Part shown: piece by piece, positions 32,672 to 42,720 of the stretch
Position numbering within the stretch: the first letter of the stretch is position 1
Layout: the number at the start of each line of letters is the position of its first letter
DNA from: a bacterium
Lineage (GTDB): Bacteria > Zhuqueibacterota > Zhuqueibacteria > Residuimicrobiales > Krinioviventaceae
Direction of reading: 5' to 3'
DNA length: 64,000 bases
Assembly (NCBI GenBank): GCA_963675755.2
Contig: CAXXMD010000003.1
Coordinates: forward strand, 1,600,001 to 1,664,000
Made by a program: the position numbers and the translations under genes
The notes under the pieces: model-generated
The model's database searches: none
Told to the model about the DNA's origin: nothing
What the model saw: the letters and a program-made list of their open reading frames with translations, nothing else

Positions 32672-34354
32672 GTGTTATCAAAACTTACCTTAAAAGCCTT
32701 TTTAGACTATGTTATCTCCAGGCATGGAGAGTATTCTGCCATGACCCTCATTGGAGATGTACCCATCACCTATGAACAAGTGGGTGAAAAGGTAAAACAC
32801 CTGTCTGCTATCCTGAAAAACAACGGTATCCAAAAAGGTGACCGTGTTGCTATTTTGAGCGAAAACCGGCCCAACTGGGTCATTACCTATTTTGCTGTGA
32901 CCACCATGGGTGCGGTAGCTGTACCCATTTTGCCCGATTTTCAGCCTGACCAGGTTAGGCATATTCTCCGTCATTCCGCTTGCAAAGCCCTGTTTATTTC
33001 AGAACGACAATATGATAAGATTCAGCAGGAAGAACCGGTATCTGTAGATAATGTGTTTTTGATGGAAACGTTATCAAAAATCAATCCCAAAACCAGCCAG
33101 GATGGTATTCGTGAAATGCTCAAAGAGCGTTCTAAAGATTTTACACGATTGAAAAACGCGGCTTTGAAAATGGCGGGCAAAGGTGATGCCGAGATTGAAG
33201 AAGATGATCTTGCCTGTATTATTTATACATCCGGCACAACCGGTCATTCCAAAGGAGTTATGCTTTCTCACAAGAACCTTGTTTCGAATACTATAATTTC
33301 TACCGGTATTTTTGCCATTCAACCCACTGATCAAACGTTATCTATACTACCTCTTTCTCATACCTATGAATGTACAGTGGGTATGCTTGTGGTTTTTTAC
33401 GGAGGTGGAGTGATAAATTATTTTGATAAACCACCATCTCCACGACTTTTACTGGATGCAATGGCAAAAATTCGTCCCACGGTTATGCTAAGCGTTCCAT
33501 TGGTTATAGAAAAAATATTTAAAAACAGAATATTGCCCCAGTTCCAAAAATCTAAATTGATGCGGGCATTGTATCAAAATCCGGTAATGCGTAAGCAACT
33601 GCACAAAATTGCCGGTAAAAAACTGTACAAATCTTTTGGCGGACGTATGCGGTTTTTCGGCATTGGCGGCGCCAAGCTGGCTACGGATGTAGAGATCTTT
33701 TTAAAAGACAGCGGCTTTCCCTATGCCATTGGATATGGATTGACCGAGACCTCACCCCTGCTTGCCGGCGCAGCACCCGATGTTACCCGTATTGGCTCTA
33801 CCGGACCCGCGGGCCCCGGAGTGAGTCTTCGGATCGCTTCGCAGGATCCTTATCGTATTGAAGGTGAATTGCAGGCCAAAGGCCCCAATATTATGCTGGG
33901 GTATTTCAAAGACCCTGAACTGACCAAACAGGTTTTTACTCCGGACGGTTGGTTTAAAACCGGTGATTTGGCTATTTTCGACAAGGATGATTTTGTCTAT
34001 ATCAAGGGTCGTTCCAAGAATGTGATTATTGGTCCCAGTGGTGAAAATATATACCCGGAAGAGGTAGAAACCCTGATCAACCAGTGCGAGTATGTGCTTG
34101 AATCTCTGGTGTTTAATGATCGCGGTAAACTGGCTGCACGCGTACACCTGAATTACGATGCGATTGATACCGATTTCGCCTGTGAAAGCGAATTAGAGAT
34201 GAAAAAGAACATTCAGGAATTGCTTAAAAAGATCCGAAATGCAGTAAACGAAAAGGTTACTGCTTTTTCAAGACTGAACAAGCTTATTGAGCAAACAGAA
34301 CCGTTTGAAAAAACACCAACACAAAAGATAAAACGGTTTTTATATACCAGCTAG
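32672..34354 (+). CDS. Long-chain acyl-CoA synthetase (AMP-binding)
   Basis: Motifs 'IIYTSGTTGHSKG', 'GYGLTE' and 'WFKTGD'. AGGAG precedes GTG 32672. Confidence 0.9.
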   Translation: MLSKLTLKAFLDYVISRHGEYSAMTLIGDVPITYEQVGEKVKHLSAILKNNGIQKGDRVAILSENRPNWVITYFAVTTMGAVAVPILPDFQPDQVRHILRHSACKALFISERQYDKIQQEEPVSVDNVFLMETLSKINPKTSQDGIREMLKERSKDFTRLKNAALKMAGKGDAEIEEDDLACIIYTSGTTGHSKGVMLSHKNLVSNTIISTGIFAIQPTDQTLSILPLSHTYECTVGMLVVFYGGGVINYFDKPPSPRLLLDAMAKIRPTVMLSVPLVIEKIFKNRILPQFQKSKLMRALYQNPVMRKQLHKIAGKKLYKSFGGRMRFFGIGGAKLATDVEIFLKDSGFPYAIGYGLTETSPLLAGAAPDVTRIGSTGPAGPGVSLRIASQDPYRIEGELQAKGPNIMLGYFKDPELTKQVFTPDGWFKTGDLAIFDKDDFVYIKGRSKNVIIGPSGENIYPEEVETLINQCEYVLESLVFNDRGKLAARVHLNYDAIDTDFACESELEMKKNIQELLKKIRNAVNEKVTAFSRLNKLIEQTEPFEKTPTQKIKRFLYTS

Positions 34355-34388
34355 AAATTAGAACATAAATACCAAGGGGAAACAGCGT

Positions 34389-34799
34389 ATGAGCGCGAAA
34401 AAGAAACAGCGTTTAAATTTTCTTATTTTTCTGCTGATTGCTGTCAATACCATATTTATTTCTTCCTGGTTTTATAAAAAGGCCCAGTCCGAACCGATTT
34501 CGTTAGAGATCTTGAACGGCTGCGGCAAACCGGGAATTGCCCAGAAATTTGCGGAAAAGCTGCAGGATTTTAATATAGTGCGGGTGGACAATGCAGAGCG
34601 CTTTGATGTGCCCAAAACCCGTCTGGTGGTGCGCAGCAAACGGTTGAAAAAGGAACTACCGCTTTTAGAAGCACGTTTAAACCTGCCAGAAGGCCGCCAG
34701 TTTTATTTAAATGATCCTTCCGCTATTGCCAATGTGACACTTATCATCGGTCAGGATTATGAACTGGTGCTGGCGGGGATGAGTACTCCCTCGCCATAA
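34389..34799 (+). CDS. LytR C-terminal domain protein
   Basis: N-terminal TM, 'LEILNGCGKPGIA' and 'VTLIIGQDY'. Confidence 0.8.
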   Translation: MSAKKKQRLNFLIFLLIAVNTIFISSWFYKKAQSEPISLEILNGCGKPGIAQKFAEKLQDFNIVRVDNAERFDVPKTRLVVRSKRLKKELPLLEARLNLPEGRQFYLNDPSAIANVTLIIGQDYELVLAGMSTPSP

Positions 34800-34846
34800 T
34801 ATTGAACCGGGGTAAACGTTTTTGTTCTTCGGGGCGTCAAAAAACC
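34777..34846 (+). repeat. Direct repeat, copy 1 (~70 bp)
   Basis: GGATGAGTACTCCCTCGCCATAATATTGAACCGGGGTAAACGTTTTTGTTCTTCGGGGCGTCAAAAAACC; near-identical to 36585-36654. Confidence 0.9.
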
Positions 34847-34946
34847 AAATACTTGTAGTTAAGTACAGAAAATGTAAATTGTACGATCCAGGGGCAGTTA
34901 TCGGGATTGAATAAAAAGGTTTTGGTACGACTGTCAAGTTGCATTA

Positions 34947-36503
34947 TTGCTTAAAATCAGCTATTTAAAAGAAAAGGGGCGATTTGTGTTTTATTTTCAA
35001 AATCACAAAAATCATGTTATATTGTTCTTTTTTTTCCTTTGTTCTCAATTTTTATTTGCACAGCTGGATTTGCAACCTATTGAATCCTTATTCGAGACAA
35101 ATGATTTACAAATAATAGACTTTGTTTTTTGGGACACAGATATTCAAAATGAATCCCATTCTCCCTGGATAGTCATAAGAAAAGAGAGAGGAATAAAAGA
35201 TTTAATTGATAAGGACGGAAATGTATTGATCAAAGATTTTCATACATATTCTGTCTCCCCGAACCGACAATATATCACAGTTTTTAAGGTTGACTTTGAT
35301 AATAATACTTATTCAATGCAATTTTATAATAACGCTTTAGAAAAATTGTCTGAATTTCAAGCGAATATAGATTTTGGCACATCAGTACACAATTTTGTTT
35401 TTCATATGTTAAACAACGGACAATTTATACGATATCGAGGAAGAGAAAAAAGATTAGATATTTACGATAGGAAAAATTATTACATAAAGACTATTGAAAT
35501 TTTTCCTGACGAATTACAGACATCAGGTAAGACGTTTGATATTGCTTTTAATAAACAAGCAAGTGATATGGTTGTTTTAACAGAAAAAAAAGAATATGAA
35601 TTTTATGAAACTGGATTAAAAAAAGTGGAAACGATTATTGAAGAGAGACCTAAAAGTTTTCATTCTATACCCGGCACTGCTGTGAAATTGTCACCAGAAC
35701 AAGTTGAGTTGTTGAATAAAAGTAAAAATTCGAGTCAATCAGAGAAAGAATCTTTGAATAAAAAACTGGCTGAACGAAAACTATACAAAGCGCCATCAGC
35801 TTCTCAGCAACAAAATGACTTGAAAAATGATGCATTAATAAACCTGGCACTTGTTTATTATGATTCTTCCGGAGTGGAACAATGGAGAAATTACATTGAT
35901 TATCTTTATCCGCATAAACTGGAAATATCACCGGAAGGTGAATTTATAGTGGTTATTTCATTTGATATGTTTGACAATGAAGATTTTGTAAAATATGGTA
36001 TTTATCTTTTTAATAAAAATGGAATGTTGATAAACAAAATTGATCGTAAAATGGGGTCAAATACTGGAATTCCCAAAAGTTTTTCATGTTCATTTTCTCA
36101 AAATTCTGATTTTTGTTATATAAGTAATGCAGACTGGATTATCAAGATTGATACACAAACCGGTAATATATTATGGGAAAAAGAGTTCAACTGGGAAACA
36201 CGGACTGCAAAACCTATTATTAAAACCATTTATGATATTAGTAACTATAATTATGAACAGGAAGAATTTATATTTTTACTGGCCCCAGATGCTATGAAAA
36301 AAGGCGGGCAATGGGAATTAGTAAATCATGAAATTATTATATTAAATGATAGCGCTAAAGTAATAACACGTAAAACTGCTAGTGCAAAAAGTTTTACAAT
36401 GCGAAAAGCTTTGCGACAATTGGTTTATCTATCTGAAAGCACATCAGAGTTATATTTTTTTGATAATAATAATTTTTTTCATTCTCACATTATACCAGAA
36501 TAA
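34947..36503 (+). CDS. Hypothetical secreted protein, AT-rich, possibly beta-propeller (start uncertain, perhaps GTG 34986)
   Basis: Long ORF with a hydrophobic N-terminus and propeller-like motifs 'SVSPNRQYI', 'ISPEGEFI' and 'DTQTGNILWEK'. Confidence 0.6.
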   Translation: MLKISYLKEKGRFVFYFQNHKNHVILFFFFLCSQFLFAQLDLQPIESLFETNDLQIIDFVFWDTDIQNESHSPWIVIRKERGIKDLIDKDGNVLIKDFHTYSVSPNRQYITVFKVDFDNNTYSMQFYNNALEKLSEFQANIDFGTSVHNFVFHMLNNGQFIRYRGREKRLDIYDRKNYYIKTIEIFPDELQTSGKTFDIAFNKQASDMVVLTEKKEYEFYETGLKKVETIIEERPKSFHSIPGTAVKLSPEQVELLNKSKNSSQSEKESLNKKLAERKLYKAPSASQQQNDLKNDALINLALVYYDSSGVEQWRNYIDYLYPHKLEISPEGEFIVVISFDMFDNEDFVKYGIYLFNKNGMLINKIDRKMGSNTGIPKSFSCSFSQNSDFCYISNADWIIKIDTQTGNILWEKEFNWETRTAKPIIKTIYDISNYNYEQEEFIFLLAPDAMKKGGQWELVNHEIIILNDSAKVITRKTASAKSFTMRKALRQLVYLSESTSELYFFDNNNFFHSHIIPE

Positions 36504-36584
36504 AAAGTGATTGTCCGTTAGTCAGGCAAATTTATTGATATGAAATAATTAACAGGATATTGTATAATATATATTGTACAGTCA

Positions 36585-36654
36585 GGATGAGTGCTCCCTC
36601 GCCATAATATTAAACAGGGGTAAACGTTTTTGTTCTTCGGGGCGTCAAAGAACC
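36585..36654 (+). repeat. Direct repeat, copy 2 (~70 bp)
   Basis: Four substitutions relative to copy 1. Both copies are followed 40-60 bp later by ATCCAGGGGC. Confidence 0.9.
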
Positions 36655-36771
36655 GAACACATGTTCGATAAAATAGTTGTAAATTTTTAACCGAATACGT
36701 AATTTGTTCAATCCAGGGGCTGAAATTCTGGAAAAATAGTTTCATTGATTTAAATAGAGCAGGGGTGTATT

Positions 36772-37668
36772 TTGCCGCGAATGGTTTTGAATTTATTCTT
36801 AATTGTTTTGCTGCATCTTTCCTGCACCCATGATCCGATACTGGTGGACCCGGATTCCATGGGTACGTATTATCTGATTAGCCAGATTTCACCCAATATT
36901 TCTCCAAACGGTGCAGTGGTAGGCTATGCATTGCCCGAAATTATGCCGAAGGATGTGAGCGGCGCAGAGGTTACCCTTTCGGGCAACGGACAGAACGTGG
37001 TACTGAGCGAGTTGCAACCCGGTGTATATGCGGATGAACAGGAGCAGGTCGATATTGTGCCGGGTGAACGGTACGATATTTCCGCGCGCATTAATGAGGA
37101 AGTGCTATTGTTTTCTTATACATATATACCTGGGGATTTTCAAATATTGAAAGAAGAAATGCCGGATACCTTGTTTTATTTGTTAAAAGGAATGTATTAT
37201 AAAAGATTTGATAAGTTTTTGTTTTTTGTTAAAGAGCTTGAATCACCTCTCATCAAATGGAGTAATAGTGAACATGCGTTTGTATATCAATTGACCTGGC
37301 ATGCAGATAAAAAATCTGAAACTTTGGATTCATTTGAAACATCTTCATATTTACCTGCAAATTATTATCCAAGGTACAAGCATTTTGACGACCCTGAGTA
37401 TTGCGAATGGGACAGTACCTGTGTATTTTCAATAACGGCATTTGATTCAACATACCTACCATTTAAAACAAATCCGCCTACAGATTTCAATAACCAAAAT
37501 GGCGGTATTGAAAAGTATATGACAGAGTGGGGTTACAATGAAGGTTATAACGACAATATAAAGGGCGGCGGTTTTGGGCATTTTTCATCAACACATACTA
37601 TTACAGATAGTGTTGTGGTCCGGTTTAAAAAGATCATTCTGGATGATATGGAGTTGGTACTTGAATAA
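36772..37668 (+). CDS. Lipoprotein, DUF4249-like, paralog 1
   Basis: Signal ending 'LSC'; 'VSGAEVTLS', 'GVY', 'PGERYDI', and 'NIKGGGFGHFSS' near the C-terminus. Upstream of a TonB-dependent receptor. Confidence 0.65.
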   Translation: MPRMVLNLFLIVLLHLSCTHDPILVDPDSMGTYYLISQISPNISPNGAVVGYALPEIMPKDVSGAEVTLSGNGQNVVLSELQPGVYADEQEQVDIVPGERYDISARINEEVLLFSYTYIPGDFQILKEEMPDTLFYLLKGMYYKRFDKFLFFVKELESPLIKWSNSEHAFVYQLTWHADKKSETLDSFETSSYLPANYYPRYKHFDDPEYCEWDSTCVFSITAFDSTYLPFKTNPPTDFNNQNGGIEKYMTEWGYNEGYNDNIKGGGFGHFSSTHTITDSVVVRFKKIILDDMELVLE

Positions 37669-38521
37669 CTTTCGCTTAATAAAAACAACAGTCTTTCTGA
37701 TGCTAGGCATTCTTTCCTGCACCCACGACCCGATACTGGTGGAGCCGGATTCAATGGGTACGTATTATCTGATCAGTCAGATTTCACCCGATATTTCTCC
37801 AAACGGTGCAGTGGTAGGTTATGCATTGCCCGAGACTATATCGGAGGATGTTAGCGGCGCAGTGGTTACCCTTTCTGGTAATGGCCAGAGTGTGGTGCTG
37901 GATGAATTACAGCCCGGTGTTTACGCGGATGAACAGGAGCAGGTCGATATTGTCCCTGGACAGCGGTATGATATTTCCGCGCGTATCAATAAAGATGTAC
38001 TATTGTATGCCTATACCTATTTACCGGGAGAATTCCGTTTGTTAAAAGAAGATATGCCGGACACATTAGAGTACATTGTTCAGGGTTTTATAGACGGGGG
38101 TGGAACCTATTTTTTTCCAACGATATATGATCCTCCTCAGATAAAATGGACGAAAAGCAAATATGCATTTTCTTATTCTGTCCACATTAATTATAATGGC
38201 ATTGCTTCTTATGATACGGTTTCATCTTTACCCGGTGTGAGTTCTTTAAAGGGGATAAATGATCCAAACCAAATAATGTGGACAGAAAAATATCTGTTAA
38301 CAATTATTGCAAAAGATTCAACTTTTTTACCTTTTTCTAATCCATACGATACAGGTTTGAATACTAAAAATCCGGAAATTGATGATAAAATCAAAAAGGG
38401 GATGCATGCCGGGTATAACGATAATATTTTGGGAAATGGTTTTGGCCGTTTTTCTTCTCAATATGCCATTACGGACAGCATTATCATCCGGTTTAAAAAG
38501 GAGATATTGACCTTTGAATAG
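37661..38521 (+). CDS. Lipoprotein, DUF4249-like, paralog 2
   Basis: TTG start overlapping the previous stop, with a GGAG SD; 'ILSC' lipobox; N-half nearly identical to paralog 1. Confidence 0.65.
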   Translation: MNNFRLIKTTVFLMLGILSCTHDPILVEPDSMGTYYLISQISPDISPNGAVVGYALPETISEDVSGAVVTLSGNGQSVVLDELQPGVYADEQEQVDIVPGQRYDISARINKDVLLYAYTYLPGEFRLLKEDMPDTLEYIVQGFIDGGGTYFFPTIYDPPQIKWTKSKYAFSYSVHINYNGIASYDTVSSLPGVSSLKGINDPNQIMWTEKYLLTIIAKDSTFLPFSNPYDTGLNTKNPEIDDKIKKGMHAGYNDNILGNGFGRFSSQYAITDSIIIRFKKEILTFE

Positions 38522-40940
38522 ATATATCATTGTTGTATTTGTTTTTGTGGCATTGCAATGGGCAGGCGCAAAAGAGATGATCAACGGCGTGGTGCAGGAC
38601 CGTGCCACGCGCCACACCCTGGCCGGGGCCAATGTGTTTTTCAGCAAGAGCGGTACAGGTGTTATTTCAGATTCGCACGGACGCTTTTCAATGCCGCCTT
38701 CCGAAATGGAGAACGATACCCTGATCATTCGATATATGGGTTACGAGTCCGCACGTATTGCGGCAAACGTTATATCGGCGGGGACCCATTATATTGAACT
38801 GGAGCGCAAGGTGCTGGTGTTGAACGAGCTGCGGGTAGAATCTGACCGCTACAAGGACGAGACCGTGGCATTGTCTTTGGAGCCGGGAGCGCTGCGCATG
38901 AATTTAAGCGATATTCGTACCGTGCCCTATACGTTACAACCGGACATAAACAATGCCCTGCAGTTCCTGCCCGGGGTGATCACCATGAACGAGCTCACCA
39001 ACGAGTTGAATGTGCGTGGCGGCAATCCCGATCAGAACCTGGTGCTGTTGGAAGGTGTGCCGGTCTATTATCCTTTTCACCTGTTTGGTCTTGCCAGCGC
39101 GTTCAATACCGATCTGGTGGGCGAAGTGCACTTTTCTCCCGGGGGTTTTTCTGCGCGCTATGGCAACCGACTCAGCTCGGTGTTGAATGTTAAAGCCCAC
39201 TCGCCGCAAAAAAAGCTAGAGATCAGCAGCGATCTCTCTATCATCGGCGCGGACCTTACGGCCAGCGGCAGGATCGGCAACAAGCTGGAATGGATCGTCT
39301 CGGGCCGAAAAAGCTATGTGGAAACCTTGTTCAAGAATCTGGGCGACGGTGTACCCTATGGCTTTTACGATGTGTTTGGCAAGATCGCCTATACGCCGCA
39401 CCCACGGCATACGATCTCGCTGATGGGTTTTAAATTCAGGGACAAATATTCTAAACACGACAAGAATGATCATACAATATATAATAATGAAAATTTAGAG
39501 GAACACGAATATTATAGCTATTATACAGAACATTACAATCGTTATTCATGGCAAAACACATTGGCAAGTGTGAAATGGGATTATCGTGTGACGGACAGGT
39601 TAAATGTTTCCACACAGCTCTATACCAGTGTTGCCGGTAATTCTTATGAATATGAGAATGAATTGGATATTCCCGACGATGTGCCGGATTGGGCCCAGGA
39701 AGAATTGCAACAGGCAAAAGATGATTTTATTTATCAAAAAGAAGAGGTTGCAAATGATCTGACTGATCATTCCATCAATATGCAGATGGATTGGGACGTA
39801 TCCAAAGCGTGGCGCTTGACTGCCGGGGCGTTGAAATCCACGTTCAAACCCGAATACGGTTGGGGTTCCAACTATCTGCCGGTATCGCCCTTGTGGGATT
39901 ACAATGAGCAGATCGGTATCTATTTTGATCAGGCGCCAACAGATGCTTTTGCATATACAAACAGTGCAAACATGTATACCGGTTTTGCCGAAGCGTTGTG
40001 GCAGCCGAAAATTCCCCTGACCGTGCGTGGGGGATTGCGCCTGACACGCTGGCAGGGGAACAGTAAGGTCATTCCCGAGCCGCGCCTGAACGCGAAATAT
40101 CAAATCAATCCAAACTGGTCGGTGACCGGCGCGTACGGACGCTATACCCAGGGATTAGCAACGGCACTTGAAGACGGGCTGGTGGGCTTTTTGCGGCTCT
40201 ATTTTCCGCTCAATGATTCGCTGCAACAGGAAAACGCCACCCACTGGATTGCCAATGTGGAATACGCCAAAGACAATACCCAGATCTCTTTAACATCCTA
40301 TTACAAGCAATACAGTAACCTAGTGCGCTCGGTAGGACCGGGACCTGATTTTATTCAACAGCCCGGCACCGCTTATGGCGTGGAACTGTTTTTGAAAACC
40401 AAACTGATGGGCTGGCAGAGTTGGTTTGCCGCAACGGTGGGCCGTACCTATCGCACCATTGCGGGTGTGAAAACCGATACCAACTGGGACCAACGCTATC
40501 GTTTCGATACCTATTTCTCACGTCCCCTGGGCAAAGGTTGGAAATTTTCGGGTTCTTTTGTGATATACAGCGGCGTACCCTATTATGCCGATGAATATGT
40601 ATCAGCCTATAGAAGGATCCCCTGGAGCAGTAACTGGACAGACATGGAGCAGGACTATTATGATGTAATATATATCGACGTACCACCGGGCAAAATCCGC
40701 CATCCGTGGTACCATCGCCTGGATGTGAGTCTGGAAAAAGAGTTCCATTTCAGCACCTGGCACATGTCGTTTTACGCCGGCATTCGCAACCTGTACGCGC
40801 GTAAAAATGTATTGTTTTATGAGGATTATGGAACGCTTTCGTACGATACCCGCAACGGCAAGTATGTGGATTATTATGTAAAGCACCCGTACACGTCTAT
40901 GCCGCCGATTCCCACGGTGGGTATACGGGTGGTGTATTAG
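38514..40940 (+). CDS. TonB-dependent receptor with N-terminal carboxypeptidase-regulatory-like domain
   Basis: Motifs 'GVVQD..T...LAGANV', plug 'LQFLPGV...LNVRGGNPDQNLVLLEG', 'GGFSARYG', 'PEPRL', 'YHRLDVS' and an aromatic C-terminus. Confidence 0.9.
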   Translation: MNRYIIVVFVFVALQWAGAKEMINGVVQDRATRHTLAGANVFFSKSGTGVISDSHGRFSMPPSEMENDTLIIRYMGYESARIAANVISAGTHYIELERKVLVLNELRVESDRYKDETVALSLEPGALRMNLSDIRTVPYTLQPDINNALQFLPGVITMNELTNELNVRGGNPDQNLVLLEGVPVYYPFHLFGLASAFNTDLVGEVHFSPGGFSARYGNRLSSVLNVKAHSPQKKLEISSDLSIIGADLTASGRIGNKLEWIVSGRKSYVETLFKNLGDGVPYGFYDVFGKIAYTPHPRHTISLMGFKFRDKYSKHDKNDHTIYNNENLEEHEYYSYYTEHYNRYSWQNTLASVKWDYRVTDRLNVSTQLYTSVAGNSYEYENELDIPDDVPDWAQEELQQAKDDFIYQKEEVANDLTDHSINMQMDWDVSKAWRLTAGALKSTFKPEYGWGSNYLPVSPLWDYNEQIGIYFDQAPTDAFAYTNSANMYTGFAEALWQPKIPLTVRGGLRLTRWQGNSKVIPEPRLNAKYQINPNWSVTGAYGRYTQGLATALEDGLVGFLRLYFPLNDSLQQENATHWIANVEYAKDNTQISLTSYYKQYSNLVRSVGPGPDFIQQPGTAYGVELFLKTKLMGWQSWFAATVGRTYRTIAGVKTDTNWDQRYRFDTYFSRPLGKGWKFSGSFVIYSGVPYYADEYVSAYRRIPWSSNWTDMEQDYYDVIYIDVPPGKIRHPWYHRLDVSLEKEFHFSTWHMSFYAGIRNLYARKNVLFYEDYGTLSYDTRNGKYVDYYVKHPYTSMPPIPTVGIRVVY

Positions 40941-40946
40941 AGAAAA

Positions 40947-41948
40947 TTATTGTTCTGATGTAAAATGCGTATTCAGGGCCTTGTACAGGTCATTGTTCAT
41001 GCTTTCGTGCAGGTCCTGTATGCTTTTCAATCCAAACACGGAGAGGATCGAGATGGGGTCGGCACGATAGCCGGTGTGGCCTTCGTAAAAACCATAGCGC
41101 ATAATGTAAAAGGGTACCATTTCGCCGGTGTGAATATACGACAGGTTGTGCAAAAGGGATTCCATCTGTCTCTCGTCCAGATCGGCATAGGTTTTTTCAA
41201 TAAAGGATTTTTCTTTATCACTCAGATCTCGCCAGACCTCAATCTCCCAATAGCCCAGAATTTCATCGTTAAAAATGGATTCCTGCCAGCCCAGCGCGCC
41301 CCATACCTGTAGATAGATTTTTTGATCATTATAACAAATGCCTTCAATGGCATCGGCAACCGGCATTTTTTTATTCTGACGAGCGGCAGCCTGTATTACA
41401 TTCCACACATGGAACAGCGGTTCAACTATTTGCGGATGGGTAAAATCCGCTTTTGCTACCAGACGGTTGTCGCCCTTAAGCACTGAGAGTATATCTTCGT
41501 CAAAGCTGATGAATCCCATACCCGAGTACTGTTCGGGACGGGCAATGTCGTTGATTTCCTGAATGGATTTACCAGTGATGGTACGAGTTTGATCCAACTC
41601 TTGTTCAGAGTGGAGGCCTGTGCGGGCGAGTGTGGGAAAGTCGATACCGTCAACACTCTTTTGGCGGCCCTTGCCCAGCCACAGGTTTTTTTGATAGTTG
41701 AGGGAATCGTCATTGGCGATTGTGACATCGATCAGCGTATACTGCTTGTCGATAGTAAAGCAAGTCACAATCTGACGGCCGTCGTCCAGCACCAACGGTG
41801 ACGGCAGGTCCGGTCGTTTTTTAGTGGTCTCAGGAAAAAAGCGATACTTTTTATTCTCATAGCGAAACGTGTTGTTTGGCCTGGCATCAGCAGTAATCGC
41901 AATAAAAAGCATCAGCAAACAGGCGGATATAATTTTGTGCAATGACAT
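40947..41948 (-). CDS. Hypothetical secreted protein
   Basis: Long ORF; signal peptide from MSLHK with an upstream GGAGAG. No family recognised. Confidence 0.6.
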   Translation of the reverse strand: MSLHKIISACLLMLFIAITADARPNNTFRYENKKYRFFPETTKKRPDLPSPLVLDDGRQIVTCFTIDKQYTLIDVTIANDDSLNYQKNLWLGKGRQKSVDGIDFPTLARTGLHSEQELDQTRTITGKSIQEINDIARPEQYSGMGFISFDEDILSVLKGDNRLVAKADFTHPQIVEPLFHVWNVIQAAARQNKKMPVADAIEGICYNDQKIYLQVWGALGWQESIFNDEILGYWEIEVWRDLSDKEKSFIEKTYADLDERQMESLLHNLSYIHTGEMVPFYIMRYGFYEGHTGYRADPISILSVFGLKSIQDLHESMNNDLYKALNTHFTSEQ

Positions 41949-41974
41949 GTCAACTCTCCCCAATAATTATAAAA

Positions 41975-42559
41975 TTATTGTATATGTAAAATCCATTTTG
42001 CCTTGTCAACACCGGGCGGAATATAGTTTCGCATCATTTCAAGCAGATTCTCCGGTGACGGGTCTCTCATGACCAGTTTCCGGTAATCGGATTTTATAAA
42101 TTCCTGCTCAACAGCATGGTCCAAAAAGTCCAGCAGTTTGTCATAAAACCCGTTTACATTCAAAAATCCGCACGGTTTTTTATGGATGCCAAGCTGGGCC
42201 CATGTTAAAGCTTCAAATATCTCTTCCAGCGTGCCCAGTCCGCCTGGCATGGCAATAAATCCGTCAGACAATTCAGACAGCATTGCTTTGCGCTGGTGCA
42301 TATCTTTAACAATATGCAGCTTTGTAATGCCGGTATGGGCTACTTCTTTGTCCACCAGATATTGCGGCATTACACCGGTAACTTTGCCGCCGCCTTCCAG
42401 CACAGTGTTGGCAATCTCGTTCATAAGGCCCACGCGCGCGCCGCCATATACCAGATCCAGATTTTTTTTGACCAACAGACGGCCCAGTTCATGGGCGGCG
42501 TTAATATATTCAGGGGATATACCCTTGCCCGATCCGCAGAATACGCATATAGATTTCAA
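41975..42559 (-). CDS. LOG family nucleotide phosphoribohydrolase (TIGR00730-type)
   Basis: Motifs 'ICVFCGS', 'LVYGG', 'MHQRK' and 'PGGLGTLEE'. Confidence 0.92.
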   Translation of the reverse strand: MKSICVFCGSGKGISPEYINAAHELGRLLVKKNLDLVYGGARVGLMNEIANTVLEGGGKVTGVMPQYLVDKEVAHTGITKLHIVKDMHQRKAMLSELSDGFIAMPGGLGTLEEIFEALTWAQLGIHKKPCGFLNVNGFYDKLLDFLDHAVEQEFIKSDYRKLVMRDPSPENLLEMMRNYIPPGVDKAKWILHIQ

Positions 42560-42720
42560 TAGGTTTTCCTTTTTTTATTTTACTGCCCTAATATAGTAAA
42601 TTGGCAGATAAAATAAAACGCTCTTGTCCATTGGCGGCTTTATTATTTGACGTATAAGGCAGGCAATACGTTTCACCTGTTGTTAAAAAAATGTTCTATT
42701 GAAATGGGATCTTAAAATAG

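Noticed and set aside
34777-36654. Direct repeats as a CRISPR array
   Set aside because: Only two ~70-bp copies 1.8 kb apart, with no spacer periodicity and no cas genes.
36518-36745. Small minus-strand ORFs sharing 'FFDAPKNKNVYP' (also 34707-34937)
   Set aside because: The similarity only reflects the DNA direct repeat; there is no sign of coding function.
36772-38521. Lipoprotein pair as DGR template and variable repeats
   Set aside because: Differences in the shared part are not confined to adenines, and both copies are intact genes.
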